This document shows positions 49,769 to 57,997 of a DNA stretch of 64,000 nucleotides, in pieces (the stretch's first letter is position 1; each line of letters opens with the position of its first letter). Position numbers and translations under genes: made by a program. The notes beneath the pieces are model-generated. The model searched no databases. It was not told the DNA's origin and saw only the letters and a program-made list of their open reading frames with translations. The stretch is taken from the NCBI GenBank assembly GCA_016870475.1, contig VGBO01000003.1, positions 5,800 to 69,799 on the forward strand. The letters are read 5' to 3'. The DNA comes from Actinomycetota bacterium (GTDB taxonomy: Bacteria > Actinomycetota > Acidimicrobiia > Acidimicrobiales > CAIXPF01).

Positions 49769-50520
49769 GCGGCGCTGCTCGATCTGGGGGCCGTGCCGAA
49801 GGTGGCCTCGATGTGATCGGAGTCGAGTGCCTGCCCGGGTGGGCCGTCGCCCACGAGCCGCCGGTTGACGGCGAGGCAGCGACTGAACCGCCTGCGGGCC
49901 AGCGAAAGGTCGTGTGTGGCGACCAGGAGGGACGTGCCAGACGCAGCGAGGTCGGCGAACAGGTCGAACAGGGCTTCGGTGCGGGGTTCGTCGACACCGC
50001 TGAGGGCTTCGTCGAGCAGGATCAGGCGGGCTTCCTGGGCGAGTGCGCGAGCCAGGAAGGCGCGCTGCATCTGACCGCCTGACAGCGTCCCCAGTGGACG
50101 CCGGCGCAGATCGGCCAATCCGACGCGTTCGAGTGCGTCGTGCGCGGCTTGACGGTGCCGTTGGCCGGGTCGTTGCCCGAGGCGCAGGAACCTGCGTCGG
50201 CCGGCGAGTACGAGCTGGCCGACGGTGATCGGGAAGTCGACGTCGAGATCGCTGCGCTGGGGGATGTAGGCCGCTCCGAGCCGGTCGCGCTGATGGTGGC
50301 AGTGGTTGCCGCACAGCTCGACCGAGCCGTGGTGGTTGACGAGTCCGCTGATGGCTTTGAACAGCGTCGATTTACCGGCACCGTTGGGGCCGACGACGGC
50401 GATCAGCTCACCGACGTCCACCTGGAACGACACGTCAACGAGTGCCTCGGTGGCGGGCGGGTAGGTGACGCCGACCCCTGTGAGCTGCAGGATCGGATGG
50501 TCTCGAGGTGCGTCGTTCAT
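49765..50520 (-). CDS. Metal ABC transporter ATP-binding protein, ZnuC-like
   Basis: ATG at 50520 overlaps the binding-protein stop (ATGA). GPNGAGKSTL, LSGGQMQRAFLARAL and LILLDEALSGVD. Confidence 0.9.
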   Translation of the reverse strand: MNDAPRDHPILQLTGVGVTYPPATEALVDVSFQVDVGELIAVVGPNGAGKSTLFKAISGLVNHHGSVELCGNHCHHQRDRLGAAYIPQRSDLDVDFPITVGQLVLAGRRRFLRLGQRPGQRHRQAAHDALERVGLADLRRRPLGTLSGGQMQRAFLARALAQEARLILLDEALSGVDEPRTEALFDLFADLAASGTSLLVATHDLSLARRRFSRCLAVNRRLVGDGPPGQALDSDHIEATFGTAPRSSSAA

Positions 50521-51488
50521 CCGGCGCATTCGAGGCCGGCTGCGAGCCGGCGCAGGTTGTCACGCATGATCGATGCGTAGGTGTCGCCAGCGTCGAGCTG
50601 GTCCTGGGTCAGGCCCTCGATCGGGTCGAGCAGGTCGAGCTCCGCGCCGATCTCACGGGCGACCGTCTTCGCCAGGTCCGGCGGCGCGATCGACTCCAGG
50701 AAGATCGTGGTGACGCCCTCGGCTTTCGCCTCGGCGGCGATGGCTTTCAGGGTGCGCGGGTCAGGTTCGACATCGGGGGAGATGCCGGCGATCGGGATCT
50801 GGCGGAGGTCGTAGGTGTCGGCGAGGTACCCGAAGGCGCGATGACTGGTGACGATCACGCGTGAGCGGCACTTGGCCAGGCCGGCGCGGTACTCGCGGTC
50901 GAGCCCGCGCAGGTCGGTCAGATACGTCTCCGCGTTGGCGCGGTACGTGTCAGCGTTGTCCGGGTCGATCTCCGCGAGCGTGTTCGTGATGGCGTCCACC
51001 ATGGTGATCATCCGACTCGGGTCGAGCCACACGTGCGGGTCGACGTCGCCCTCCAGCACCTCACCGTCCACCTCGCCCTCAGTACCGGCGAGTTGCTCGT
51101 CGACCCCAAGGAGATCGACCGAGTCGAGGAGGTCGAGCCGGGTCACGCCTGCTGGCGAGTTGGCGAGTGCGGCCTCCACCTGCGGCTGGAACCCGCGGCC
51201 GAGATAGATCACCACGTCGGCCTCTTCGAAGGCGCCCATCTGAGCCGGCTGTAACTCCAAGTCGTGAGGTCCCTGCCCAGGCGGCGTCAGATCGGTCACC
51301 GAAACCAGGTCGCCGCCCACGCCCCTGGCCGCCTCGCCGAGGGGATAGAACGCGGCGAGCACGGTCAACGTCGGCTGCGAGCCACCCGTGTCGTCGCTAC
51401 CGCACGACGCAACAACCAGGCTCGCCGACACGGCGAACATGGTGAGGGAAGTGCGGATCGGCCGGATGCGGAGCGGAGAAGATCTCAT
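50517..51488 (-). CDS. Metal ABC transporter substrate-binding lipoprotein, ZnuA/TroA-like
   Basis: ORF track 323 aa. Lipobox VVASCG. Cluster A-I hallmarks GQGPHDLELQP, DPHVWLDP and VTSHRAFGYLA. The flexible loop is acidic rather than His-rich (EGEVDGEVLEGDVD). Confidence 0.85.
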   Translation of the reverse strand: MRSSPLRIRPIRTSLTMFAVSASLVVASCGSDDTGGSQPTLTVLAAFYPLGEAARGVGGDLVSVTDLTPPGQGPHDLELQPAQMGAFEEADVVIYLGRGFQPQVEAALANSPAGVTRLDLLDSVDLLGVDEQLAGTEGEVDGEVLEGDVDPHVWLDPSRMITMVDAITNTLAEIDPDNADTYRANAETYLTDLRGLDREYRAGLAKCRSRVIVTSHRAFGYLADTYDLRQIPIAGISPDVEPDPRTLKAIAAEAKAEGVTTIFLESIAPPDLAKTVAREIGAELDLLDPIEGLTQDQLDAGDTYASIMRDNLRRLAAGLECAG

Positions 51489-51504
51489 GGCCGCATCGTA
51501 TCAG

Positions 51505-51523
51505 AATAGGACAGATTCCGATT
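51505..51523. promoter_or_regulatory. Metal-cluster palindrome, copy C
   Basis: Reverse strand reads AATCGGAA TCT GTCCTATT. Lies 17 nt upstream of the binding-protein ATG (51488) and 111 nt upstream of the divergent ArsR-family gene. Confidence 0.45.
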
Positions 51524-51633
51524 TGATAGCCGATCCGTTCTGTGGGTCGCTGGGTGAGGCGGTGCACGGTCAGTTGCGCGGTTCGCACGAATCGACGCTG
51601 GACGATGACCCAACCGAGCAGACGCGTGCACAC

Positions 51634-51963
51634 ATGCGAATGTATGCATATGAGCGAGAGGTGACGTCGCCTCCCCCGGTCTCGATCGCTCGGGGTGCCG
51701 AGCTGCTCAAGACTCTGGGCAGCCCGGTTCGACTCGGGGTGATCTTGCAGCTGCAGGCTCACGGTGAGCAGTGCGTGCACGAGTTGGTGGCCTCACCCGA
51801 GGTGTCCCAGCCACTCATTTCGCAGCATCTTCGGGTGCTTCGCGACGCGCGGCTCATCGTCGGTCGGCGCGCTGGCAAAGAGATCCGCTACTCGATCGCA
51901 GACGATCACGTCTCACACATCGTTCACGATGTAATTCGACACGCCGAGGAGGAACTTCCATGA
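51634..51963 (+). CDS. ArsR/SmtB-family metalloregulator with an intact alpha5-type site
   Basis: ATG at 51634 inside track ORF 51388..51963. HTH LGSPVRLGVILQL...CVHELV...SQPLISQHLRVLRDARLI. C-terminal IADDHVSHIVHDVIRHAEEE gives D-x-H, then H 11 residues later, then x-x-E, as in SmtB/CzrA alpha5 Zn sites. Confidence 0.85.
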   Translation: MRMYAYEREVTSPPPVSIARGAELLKTLGSPVRLGVILQLQAHGEQCVHELVASPEVSQPLISQHLRVLRDARLIVGRRAGKEIRYSIADDHVSHIVHDVIRHAEEELP

Positions 51964-52109
51964 CCATGACACATACGGTCCACGACGACCATCAGCACGA
52001 GCACGGCCCCAACTGTGGCCATGCCGCGACCGAGCACGACGGCCACACGGACTACTTCCACGATGGTCACGTGCATCACCAGCACGACGGTCATTGGGAC
52101 GAGCACTGA
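51960..52109 (+). CDS. 49-aa histidine-rich metal-binding peptide
   Basis: ATG at 51960 overlaps the ArsR stop (ATGA) and follows GAGGAGGAA. MTMTHTVHDDHQHEHGPNCGHAATEHDGHTDYFHDGHVHHQHDGHWDEH has 15 His, 10 Asp/Glu and 1 Cys. Confidence 0.6.
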   Translation: MTMTHTVHDDHQHEHGPNCGHAATEHDGHTDYFHDGHVHHQHDGHWDEH

Positions 52110-52162
52110 CTTGTCGGTGCCACCGGCCAGCTGAAGGTGCACGCCCTCACTGGGAAATCGCC

Positions 52163-52570
52163 TCAGCTCCGCAGCCCTGACAACGCGACGCTGACACTCG
52201 GTGGGGTCGAGCCGTTCGAGAACACCCGTGCCGCGACCGCTGCCGGGGCCGGGGTGACGGCGTCGGCGGCGATCCAGTCGCAAAGCTGGTCGACGATCTC
52301 GTCGTCGAGCACACCACCGACCCAAACACGATCAGTCGAGATCCCGGCCGGTCGCACGATCACGACGTTCGACCGCTCGCACGCGCCGACGCACCCGACG
52401 ACCCGGCTTCGACCGCCCGCGGAGACGGCGGCAGCGTCGATGCGCTCGCGGATGGCCGCGTGGTCGACGCCGGGGTGTTTGCGGTCGGTACCGCAACAGC
52501 ACCCGTCGCACACCTGGACCCGAATGTTCAACCAGCGTTCTCGACGGGCTGCACCAGAGCGTGTCGTCAC
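52163..52570 (-). CDS. Cys-rich thioredoxin-like [2Fe-2S] ferredoxin-like protein
   Basis: GTG at 52570 overlaps the WD40 stop (GTGA). VQVCDGCCCGTDRKHPGVDH...VVGCVGACERSNVVIV. 135 aa. The longer 340-aa track ORF is a read-through. Confidence 0.65.
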   Translation of the reverse strand: MTTRSGAARRERWLNIRVQVCDGCCCGTDRKHPGVDHAAIRERIDAAAVSAGGRSRVVGCVGACERSNVVIVRPAGISTDRVWVGGVLDDEIVDQLCDWIAADAVTPAPAAVAARVFSNGSTPPSVSVALSGLRS

Positions 52571-53616
52571 CGCTGCTCCAGCGACGTCTCGTGAACAGGT
52601 CGACGTTCCAACGTGCCATCGGCGCGTCCGACAAGGAGCGAGCCGCCTGCGGGATGCCAGACGACCGTGGCGACGGCGACGTCTCCGTTGTGCACGTCGT
52701 CGGGTGTCAGCGGTCGCTTGACCGTGCGTGGCGACGGCCAGAGCGCGAGGCGGCCGTCGGCGCCCCCACTGCACAGTCGCGTGCCGGCGGGTTCCCAGGC
52801 GAGGCAGCTGATGTGCCTTTCGTGGGCGTTGCCGGTGGCTGGCCTCGTTCCCTTCGGGCCCTTGCCCGAGAAGTCCCACACGGTGAGCTCGTCGAGGCAC
52901 GCCGAGGCCATCCAGTGGCTGTCGTCGCGGAAAGCGAGGTGCTGGATCTTGGCGGGGTAGCCCGACATCGAGAGGTCGTCGCCCGACCACAGCCGCCACA
53001 GATGGATGCTCGAGTCCTGGAACCCGGCGCACGCCCACTTGCCATTCGGTGCCAGCACGAGCGCGAGTGGTGACCCCTTGAACTGGTGAGTTCGTGACGG
53101 CGTTCCGGCGTGCAGCCGTTCGGGGTCGTACCAGGTGATGCCCCCGTACGAGGTGACACCGATCCGTTTGCCATTCGTCGCCCACGCGACCGCGGTGATC
53201 GTCGACGAGACCGCCGGATACCGCTGGAGCCTTGCCCCGTCACGGTCGCAGAGAACGAGGTGCCGTCCGTCTGCCACCGCCAGGAGCGCACCGTCGGGCG
53301 ACCAAGCGACATGGGGGATCCATGCCGTCCCGAGATGCGCCGCCAGCTCGTGCCCTGTTCGGTCGTAGACGCGGATCACGCCGTCCTGGCCGCCGATCGC
53401 GAGTCGCGAACCGTCAGGCGACCACGCGCCGCACAGCACACCCATCGGGTGCTCCGCCAACTTGCAGACCACCAAACCATCGACCGTGACGATCGCCGCA
53501 TCGCCTCCGAGCGAACCGGCGGCGAGCAGATCTCCGTGCGGAGAGATAGTCAGTGCTGTGACGTAGTCGCCGAGCTGCATCTCCCATTCGACGGGGCCGA
53601 TCATCGGACCAGACAC
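52567..53616 (-). CDS. WD40 repeat beta-propeller protein
   Basis: ORF track 349 aa. An alternative ATG at 53604 forms ATGA with the upstream stop. Seven to eight repeats of the type xAWSPDGxxLAxGGxDGxIRVYD. Confidence 0.8.
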   Translation of the reverse strand: MSGPMIGPVEWEMQLGDYVTALTISPHGDLLAAGSLGGDAAIVTVDGLVVCKLAEHPMGVLCGAWSPDGSRLAIGGQDGVIRVYDRTGHELAAHLGTAWIPHVAWSPDGALLAVADGRHLVLCDRDGARLQRYPAVSSTITAVAWATNGKRIGVTSYGGITWYDPERLHAGTPSRTHQFKGSPLALVLAPNGKWACAGFQDSSIHLWRLWSGDDLSMSGYPAKIQHLAFRDDSHWMASACLDELTVWDFSGKGPKGTRPATGNAHERHISCLAWEPAGTRLCSGGADGRLALWPSPRTVKRPLTPDDVHNGDVAVATVVWHPAGGSLLVGRADGTLERRPVHETSLEQR

Positions 53617-54590
53617 TCCCGGAAACTGCGCTCCAACGCAGCACGTTCGAGGTTGCGGCCGATGAACACCAGCTTGTTGCTGCGCGCCTCATCTGGCCGC
53701 CATGGTCGGTCGGCTTGACCGTCGAGGAGCATGTGCACGCCCTGGAACACATATCGCTCGTTCATGCCGGCAATCGACAAGATGCCCTTGGAGCGAAAGA
53801 TGTCCGTGCCCTGCTCCGCGAGAAGTCGTCCGAGCCACTTGTTCAGCCGATCGCCGTCCAGATCCCCGTCGGCCTGGATGCCGACCGAAGTGACCGTGGC
53901 GTCGTGCTGGTGTTCGGCATCAGGATCGAGGAACGCCGGGTCGTCGATCAACACACGATCGAGATCGAATGCGCCCACGTCGAGGATCAGGTCGAGATCC
54001 ACCTGACCGTGGCTCGTGTGGATGAGCGGCGCCAATGTGTTGATTTCGCAGATCCGGCGTTCGACCTCGGCGAGCTGAGGGGCGTCGACGAGATCGACCT
54101 TGTTGATCACCACTCGGTCAGCGAACGCCAACTGCTCCACGGCTTCGTTCTCGACGCCGTCGGCCTTGATCTCATCGAGGTGCAGCAGGAGGTGCTTCGC
54201 ATCGACCACCGTCACGATCGCATCGAGCCGTAGCTGTGCCGATACCTCAGGATCGACGAAGAAGGTCTGCGCCACCGGGGCGGGATCGGCGAGTCCGGTC
54301 GTTTCGATCACGATCTGATCGAAACGGTCCTTGCGCTTCATGAGATTGCCGAGGATTCGGATCAGGTCGCCGCGAACGGTGCAGCAGATGCAGCCGTTGT
54401 TCATCTCGAAGATCTCTTCCTCGGCCTCGAGCACGAGCGCGTCGTCGATGCCGACCTCACCGAACTCGTTCTCGATCACGGCGATCCGCTTGCCGTGCTG
54501 CGCAGTGAGGATGTGGTTCAGCAGCGTCGTCTTGCCCGCCCCGAGGAACCCGGTGAGCACGGTGACAGGTACCTTCGAGTCGATTGCCAT
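53601..54590 (-). CDS. COG0523-family GTPase metallochaperone (CobW/YciC/ZigA-like)
   Basis: ATG at 54590 inside track ORF 53601..54671. Walker [13 protein letters not shown], metal motif [14 protein letters not shown], and a C-terminal CobW_C-like domain. Confidence 0.9.
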   Translation of the reverse strand: MAIDSKVPVTVLTGFLGAGKTTLLNHILTAQHGKRIAVIENEFGEVGIDDALVLEAEEEIFEMNNGCICCTVRGDLIRILGNLMKRKDRFDQIVIETTGLADPAPVAQTFFVDPEVSAQLRLDAIVTVVDAKHLLLHLDEIKADGVENEAVEQLAFADRVVINKVDLVDAPQLAEVERRICEINTLAPLIHTSHGQVDLDLILDVGAFDLDRVLIDDPAFLDPDAEHQHDATVTSVGIQADGDLDGDRLNKWLGRLLAEQGTDIFRSKGILSIAGMNERYVFQGVHMLLDGQADRPWRPDEARSNKLVFIGRNLERAALERSFRECLVR

Positions 54591-54595
54591 GACGA

Positions 54596-54614
54596 AAGCA
54601 TAACGGGTCCTATT
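54596..54614. promoter_or_regulatory. Metal-cluster palindrome, copy D (weaker left half)
   Basis: AAGCATAA CGG GTCCTATT, 6 nt upstream of the COG0523 ATG. The right half is identical to that of copy C. Confidence 0.35.
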
Positions 54615-54738
54615 CCGAGAGGACACGGTGATGATCCTCGGAGGGGCTCGCGAGACTCGGCCTCGTGCCACCCCAATGGCTTGTGTCGGTGACGGTCAAA
54701 GACTGCGCGGTTCTGCCGGTCGAAAAGTGCGCGGTGTA

Positions 54739-54870
54739 GGGCCTGCCGCGGGTGGGGGTGACATCTGATCTGTGGTGCTGGGGAGTGCCGCGGGAGAGGA
54801 TGTGTTCCATGTCGAAGGTCGTTCGGATGGAGCGCTCCGCAGGCCGAGTTGGTAGGCCGGGCGGCGTTCC
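54739..54870 (+). mobile_element. Relic IS-like end (copy Y), colinear with copy X
   Basis: Shares the blocks CTGCCGCG, GACATCTGA, AGGATGT and TTCCA with 46698-46767. Block spacings are identical (17 and 37 nt). It is followed by a short ORF, MSKVVRMERS..., at the position of the OrfA-like start in copy X. Confidence 0.35.
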
Positions 54871-54990
54871 ATGATCTGCCGGGGACCGACGCCCAGAGGC
54901 GTCGAACGGGGCAGCTGGCGGGGCCTCCGGGTCAGCGTGGCTGGTCGGCGACTAGCGCGTGGTGATGGAGTGGTCGCTCGCCTGCGGGCG

Positions 54991-55464
54991 TCAGCGAGGC
55001 GGGTTGTCGGACATCGTCACCGGGACGTCGAGCGTTCGGCCCGAGGAGAACCGGAGGGTGGCGGTGAAGGTGTCGCCGCTCTCGAGCGGGCCCGCAAGGT
55101 CGACCAGCATGATGTGGTTGCCGCCGGGTCGGAACTTGACGGTTGCGCCGGCTTCGATGACGACTTCGGCGACCTGCTCCATGGTGACGGTGCCACTGCC
55201 GACCGCGCCGTGTTGGTGGCCGTCGCCCCCGGCAGCATCGGATGTGTGGAGCTCGGCACGTCCGGCGATGTCGGTTGGCACGTCGGCAGCGACGAGCACG
55301 TCGCGGACGTCGCTACTGAGCTCGAGGTAGATCACCCCGTTCGTGGCCCCGGCTGGTGTCGGGCGGGCCCAGGCTCCCGACGCACCGAAGGCGATCTGGT
55401 CGCCGCCGCAACCAGCAAGCATCCAGCACGCGACGAACAGAGCGGCGGCGCGGTGCCTCCTCAC
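54991..55464 (-). CDS. Copper chaperone PCu(A)C lipoprotein
   Basis: GTG at 55464 overlaps the upstream stop (GTGA). Lipobox MLAGCGG. AELH...M...GNHIML fits the H(M)x10Mx21HxM motif. Confidence 0.8.
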   Translation of the reverse strand: MRRHRAAALFVACWMLAGCGGDQIAFGASGAWARPTPAGATNGVIYLELSSDVRDVLVAADVPTDIAGRAELHTSDAAGGDGHQHGAVGSGTVTMEQVAEVVIEAGATVKFRPGGNHIMLVDLAGPLESGDTFTATLRFSSGRTLDVPVTMSDNPPR

Positions 55465-56993
55465 GCCTGGCCGAACGTGCGGCGCAGCGGTGAAACGCTC
55501 TGGATGACCAACTTGTCGAATGCAACGATGACCAGCGCGACTGCTGCCCACAGCGGGTAGACGATGCCGAGCAGGACCGCGGCGCCGACGAGCTTCCATG
55601 TCAGGCGTGGGTCGGCGGGTCGGCGTGGGAGGCCGAGGGTGCCGGGCCGGCGACGCCTCCAGAACATGACGAAGGCGCTGATCACCGACCAGATTGACAG
55701 GACACACAGCAGTGTCATGAAAATGCGGCTGACCAATCCGAGCTGGGTGCCCATGTGGGTGCTCACGAGGTAGTCCATGCCGACGCTGATGGTACCGACT
55801 CCGTAGATCCGCTGTTCGTCGAGCGTGGCCCCGGAGAACTGGTCAACGAAGACGTTGCGTGCCTCGCCGGTCTGACGTGGCCACGAGTTGTAGAGCGTGA
55901 AACTGCCATAGACGGGGTTGCCGGCTTCGTCGGTCTCGTTGGCCGGGAACGAGATCGTGTAGCCGGGCTTCATTCCCTCGTCCTCGGCGATGCGTACCGC
56001 ACTGTCGAGGCTCATCGGGGACGGCATCGTGCCATCGACAGCGACGGGGGCATAGCTCGCAGGGATCACGAAGTCGCCGGTCGCCCACGGGATCTGGTTG
56101 CCGAACCGGTCGAGATCGCCACGGGTCGCGCTGGTGCTCGCCGTGTTCTCAGCTGCACTCCCCGGCGTGACCCGTTCGGCGAGAGAACTGAACCCGTCCG
56201 CCCAGTACGACGACCAAGCCATCCCGGACACGATCGTGAGCACCATGACCGGGATCATGACGAACCCGGTCAGACCGTGCAGGTCACGCCAACGTGCCCG
56301 TCCCCCGGCTGCCCACCTGACGCCGATCAACCGCCGTGCACCCTTGGAACCCTGGCTCTGACTCGACCGCCGCGGCCAAAACAGGTACAGCCCTGAACCG
56401 ACCAGCACCAGAGTCCAGACGCCGAGGACTTCCAGGACCAGATCACCCACGACGTACTCACGCATCACCGGTCCGTCGCTCCACAACGCCGCGACCGCAG
56501 GCAGCGTGACGGTGAGCGAGTCGTTGTTCAGGAAGCCGTGCAGACGATTCGACAGCCCGATCACTGCACCGCCAGGCTTCGAGACCCCGAGCACCTCAGC
56601 GGTGTAGGGGTCGACGAAGACGTGGAGGCCGCTGGCGCTGCCGTCATCGACGAAGAACCGTGTGGTCGCCTCCCGATCCGCTGGCGGGGTCAGATCGGAC
56701 ACGGTGCCGTCGGGGTAGGCGGCTGCAACAGCCTCTGCCTGCTCGTCGAACGACACGTACTCGGTCGAGCGCGATTCGGTCGAGCGGATGTCACCCTCGG
56801 TCGCTTGTTGGATCGGATCGGTGTACAGGATGACCGGACCTGTGACCGCCATCAGCAAGATGAACGGCATGGCGAACATGCCCGAGTAGAAGTGCACCCG
56901 CCACAACGAACGCCACTGACGACTCGACGAATCCCCGGACGACGCTGTCGGCGAAGTCGCCTCATCCCTGTTGGTCACGTTCGGCTCGCTCAC
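55461..56993 (-). CDS. PepSY-domain / PepSY-associated TM helix membrane protein
   Basis: GTG at 56993 is preceded by GAGGAG, inside the 653-aa track ORF. WRSLWRVHFYSGMFAMPFILLMAVTG, WRDLHGLTGFVMIPVMV and C-terminal TM helices. Confidence 0.75.
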   Translation of the reverse strand: MSEPNVTNRDEATSPTASSGDSSSRQWRSLWRVHFYSGMFAMPFILLMAVTGPVILYTDPIQQATEGDIRSTESRSTEYVSFDEQAEAVAAAYPDGTVSDLTPPADREATTRFFVDDGSASGLHVFVDPYTAEVLGVSKPGGAVIGLSNRLHGFLNNDSLTVTLPAVAALWSDGPVMREYVVGDLVLEVLGVWTLVLVGSGLYLFWPRRSSQSQGSKGARRLIGVRWAAGGRARWRDLHGLTGFVMIPVMVLTIVSGMAWSSYWADGFSSLAERVTPGSAAENTASTSATRGDLDRFGNQIPWATGDFVIPASYAPVAVDGTMPSPMSLDSAVRIAEDEGMKPGYTISFPANETDEAGNPVYGSFTLYNSWPRQTGEARNVFVDQFSGATLDEQRIYGVGTISVGMDYLVSTHMGTQLGLVSRIFMTLLCVLSIWSVISAFVMFWRRRRPGTLGLPRRPADPRLTWKLVGAAVLLGIVYPLWAAVALVIVAFDKLVIQSVSPLRRTFGQA

Positions 56994-57530
56994 GGTGTTC
57001 GCTCTCCTCGGTGGGGTTGGCGGGTTCGCAGGGCCCTTGCACCTGACGGGTAGACCGGCGTGCGGTTCCAAAAGTTCCCTCGTGCTCCCGGCGTTGAGCT
57101 TCGGTGGCAACGACGCAATCCCGTCGAACTGTCGACGGGGCCCGTGGTCGACTTGCGCAGCGCCGATCCCCGGGGCCTCGGTGAGGTCCCAGGTCTGGGC
57201 GAACTCGTCGGTGGTGTAGGTCATGTCGACGGCAGCCTCGAAGGACAGTCGTCCGGGTGGGCAGCAGTCATCGACGCGTTCCGTCGTCGCCGGGTTGTCG
57301 AGGCTGGCATCCACGGCATCGCGCACCGCTACCCAGGCGCCCACCAGGTCGGTCTCGACAGATAGAAGGTCGGTGTCTCGATGCCCGCACGCTTCGAGCA
57401 GGGCCTCGGCCCTGGGATCCACTCAACGAGATGCCGCACGACGCTGCAAGACGTCTCGCGCCGCCCATCCTGGACACGGTGACAGCGGTCGACCTGATGA
57501 GTCAGGACGTTCGCCGTCACTTGCACGTAT
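56994..57530 (-). pseudogene. DinB/MDMPI-like (mycothiol-dependent maleylpyruvate isomerase N-terminal domain family) relic
   Basis: SPCPGWAARDVL at about 57450-57485, an in-frame TGA at 57423-57425, then VDPRAEALLEACGH...TYTTDEFAQTWDLTEAPG. There is no own stop, so it runs in frame into the PepSY gene. Confidence 0.35.
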
Positions 57531-57555
57531 TGCGTTTGTGGGATAGGGCCGACCT

Positions 57556-57990
57556 ATGTCGAGTGCTGTGGAGATCAGGCCCGGCTCCGTCGAGGCGCGG
57601 GAGTTGGCGGTGATCGAGCGGGCGCTTGCTCGTGATGGTGAGGTGGCGGCCCGGTTGGTGGATGCGCGCGGTGACACCGTGGATGTGCCAGCTGAGCTGG
57701 TGGGGGTGCTGTTGGCGATCGTGCAGCACTTGAAGGCTGGGCACGGAGTGACGGTGGCGTCTGTGCAGGCCGAGCTGACGACGGTCGAGGCTGCCGAGCT
57801 GTTGAACGTGAGCCGGCCTCATCGGATCAAGCTCCTCGAGGGTGGTGCGCTGCCGTTCCGGATGGTGGGAACACATCGCCGGCTGCGGCTCGTGGATGTA
57901 CTCGCCTACCGCGACCGCCAGGACGCTGCTGCTCGTGAGGCGCTCGGCGAGTTGACCCGCCAAGCCGAAGATCTCGGCCTGTACGACTGA
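57556..57990 (+). CDS. Helix-turn-helix (excisionase-type) DNA-binding protein, probable type II antitoxin
   Basis: ORF track 144 aa. TTVEAAELLNVSRPHRIKLLEGGALPFRMVGTHRRLRLVDVLAY. Followed after 7 nt by a PIN-like ORF. Confidence 0.75.
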   Translation: MSSAVEIRPGSVEARELAVIERALARDGEVAARLVDARGDTVDVPAELVGVLLAIVQHLKAGHGVTVASVQAELTTVEAAELLNVSRPHRIKLLEGGALPFRMVGTHRRLRLVDVLAYRDRQDAAAREALGELTRQAEDLGLYD

Positions 57991-57997
57991 ACCTGCG

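Noticed and set aside
57061-57090. GGAAC-N4-GGAAC (reverse strand) upstream of the PepSY gene, considered as a fifth copy of the metal-cluster palindrome.
   Set aside because: Only one half-site-like element (TGGAACCG) is present and there is no matching inverted half. This is not enough to call.
55461-57422. The 653-aa track ORF taken as one PepSY protein with a long N-terminal extension.
   Set aside because: The first 143 codons carry DinB/MDMPI-like motifs that continue upstream across a TGA. A GTG with a GAGGAG RBS at 56993 gives a PepSY protein with a normal N-terminus.
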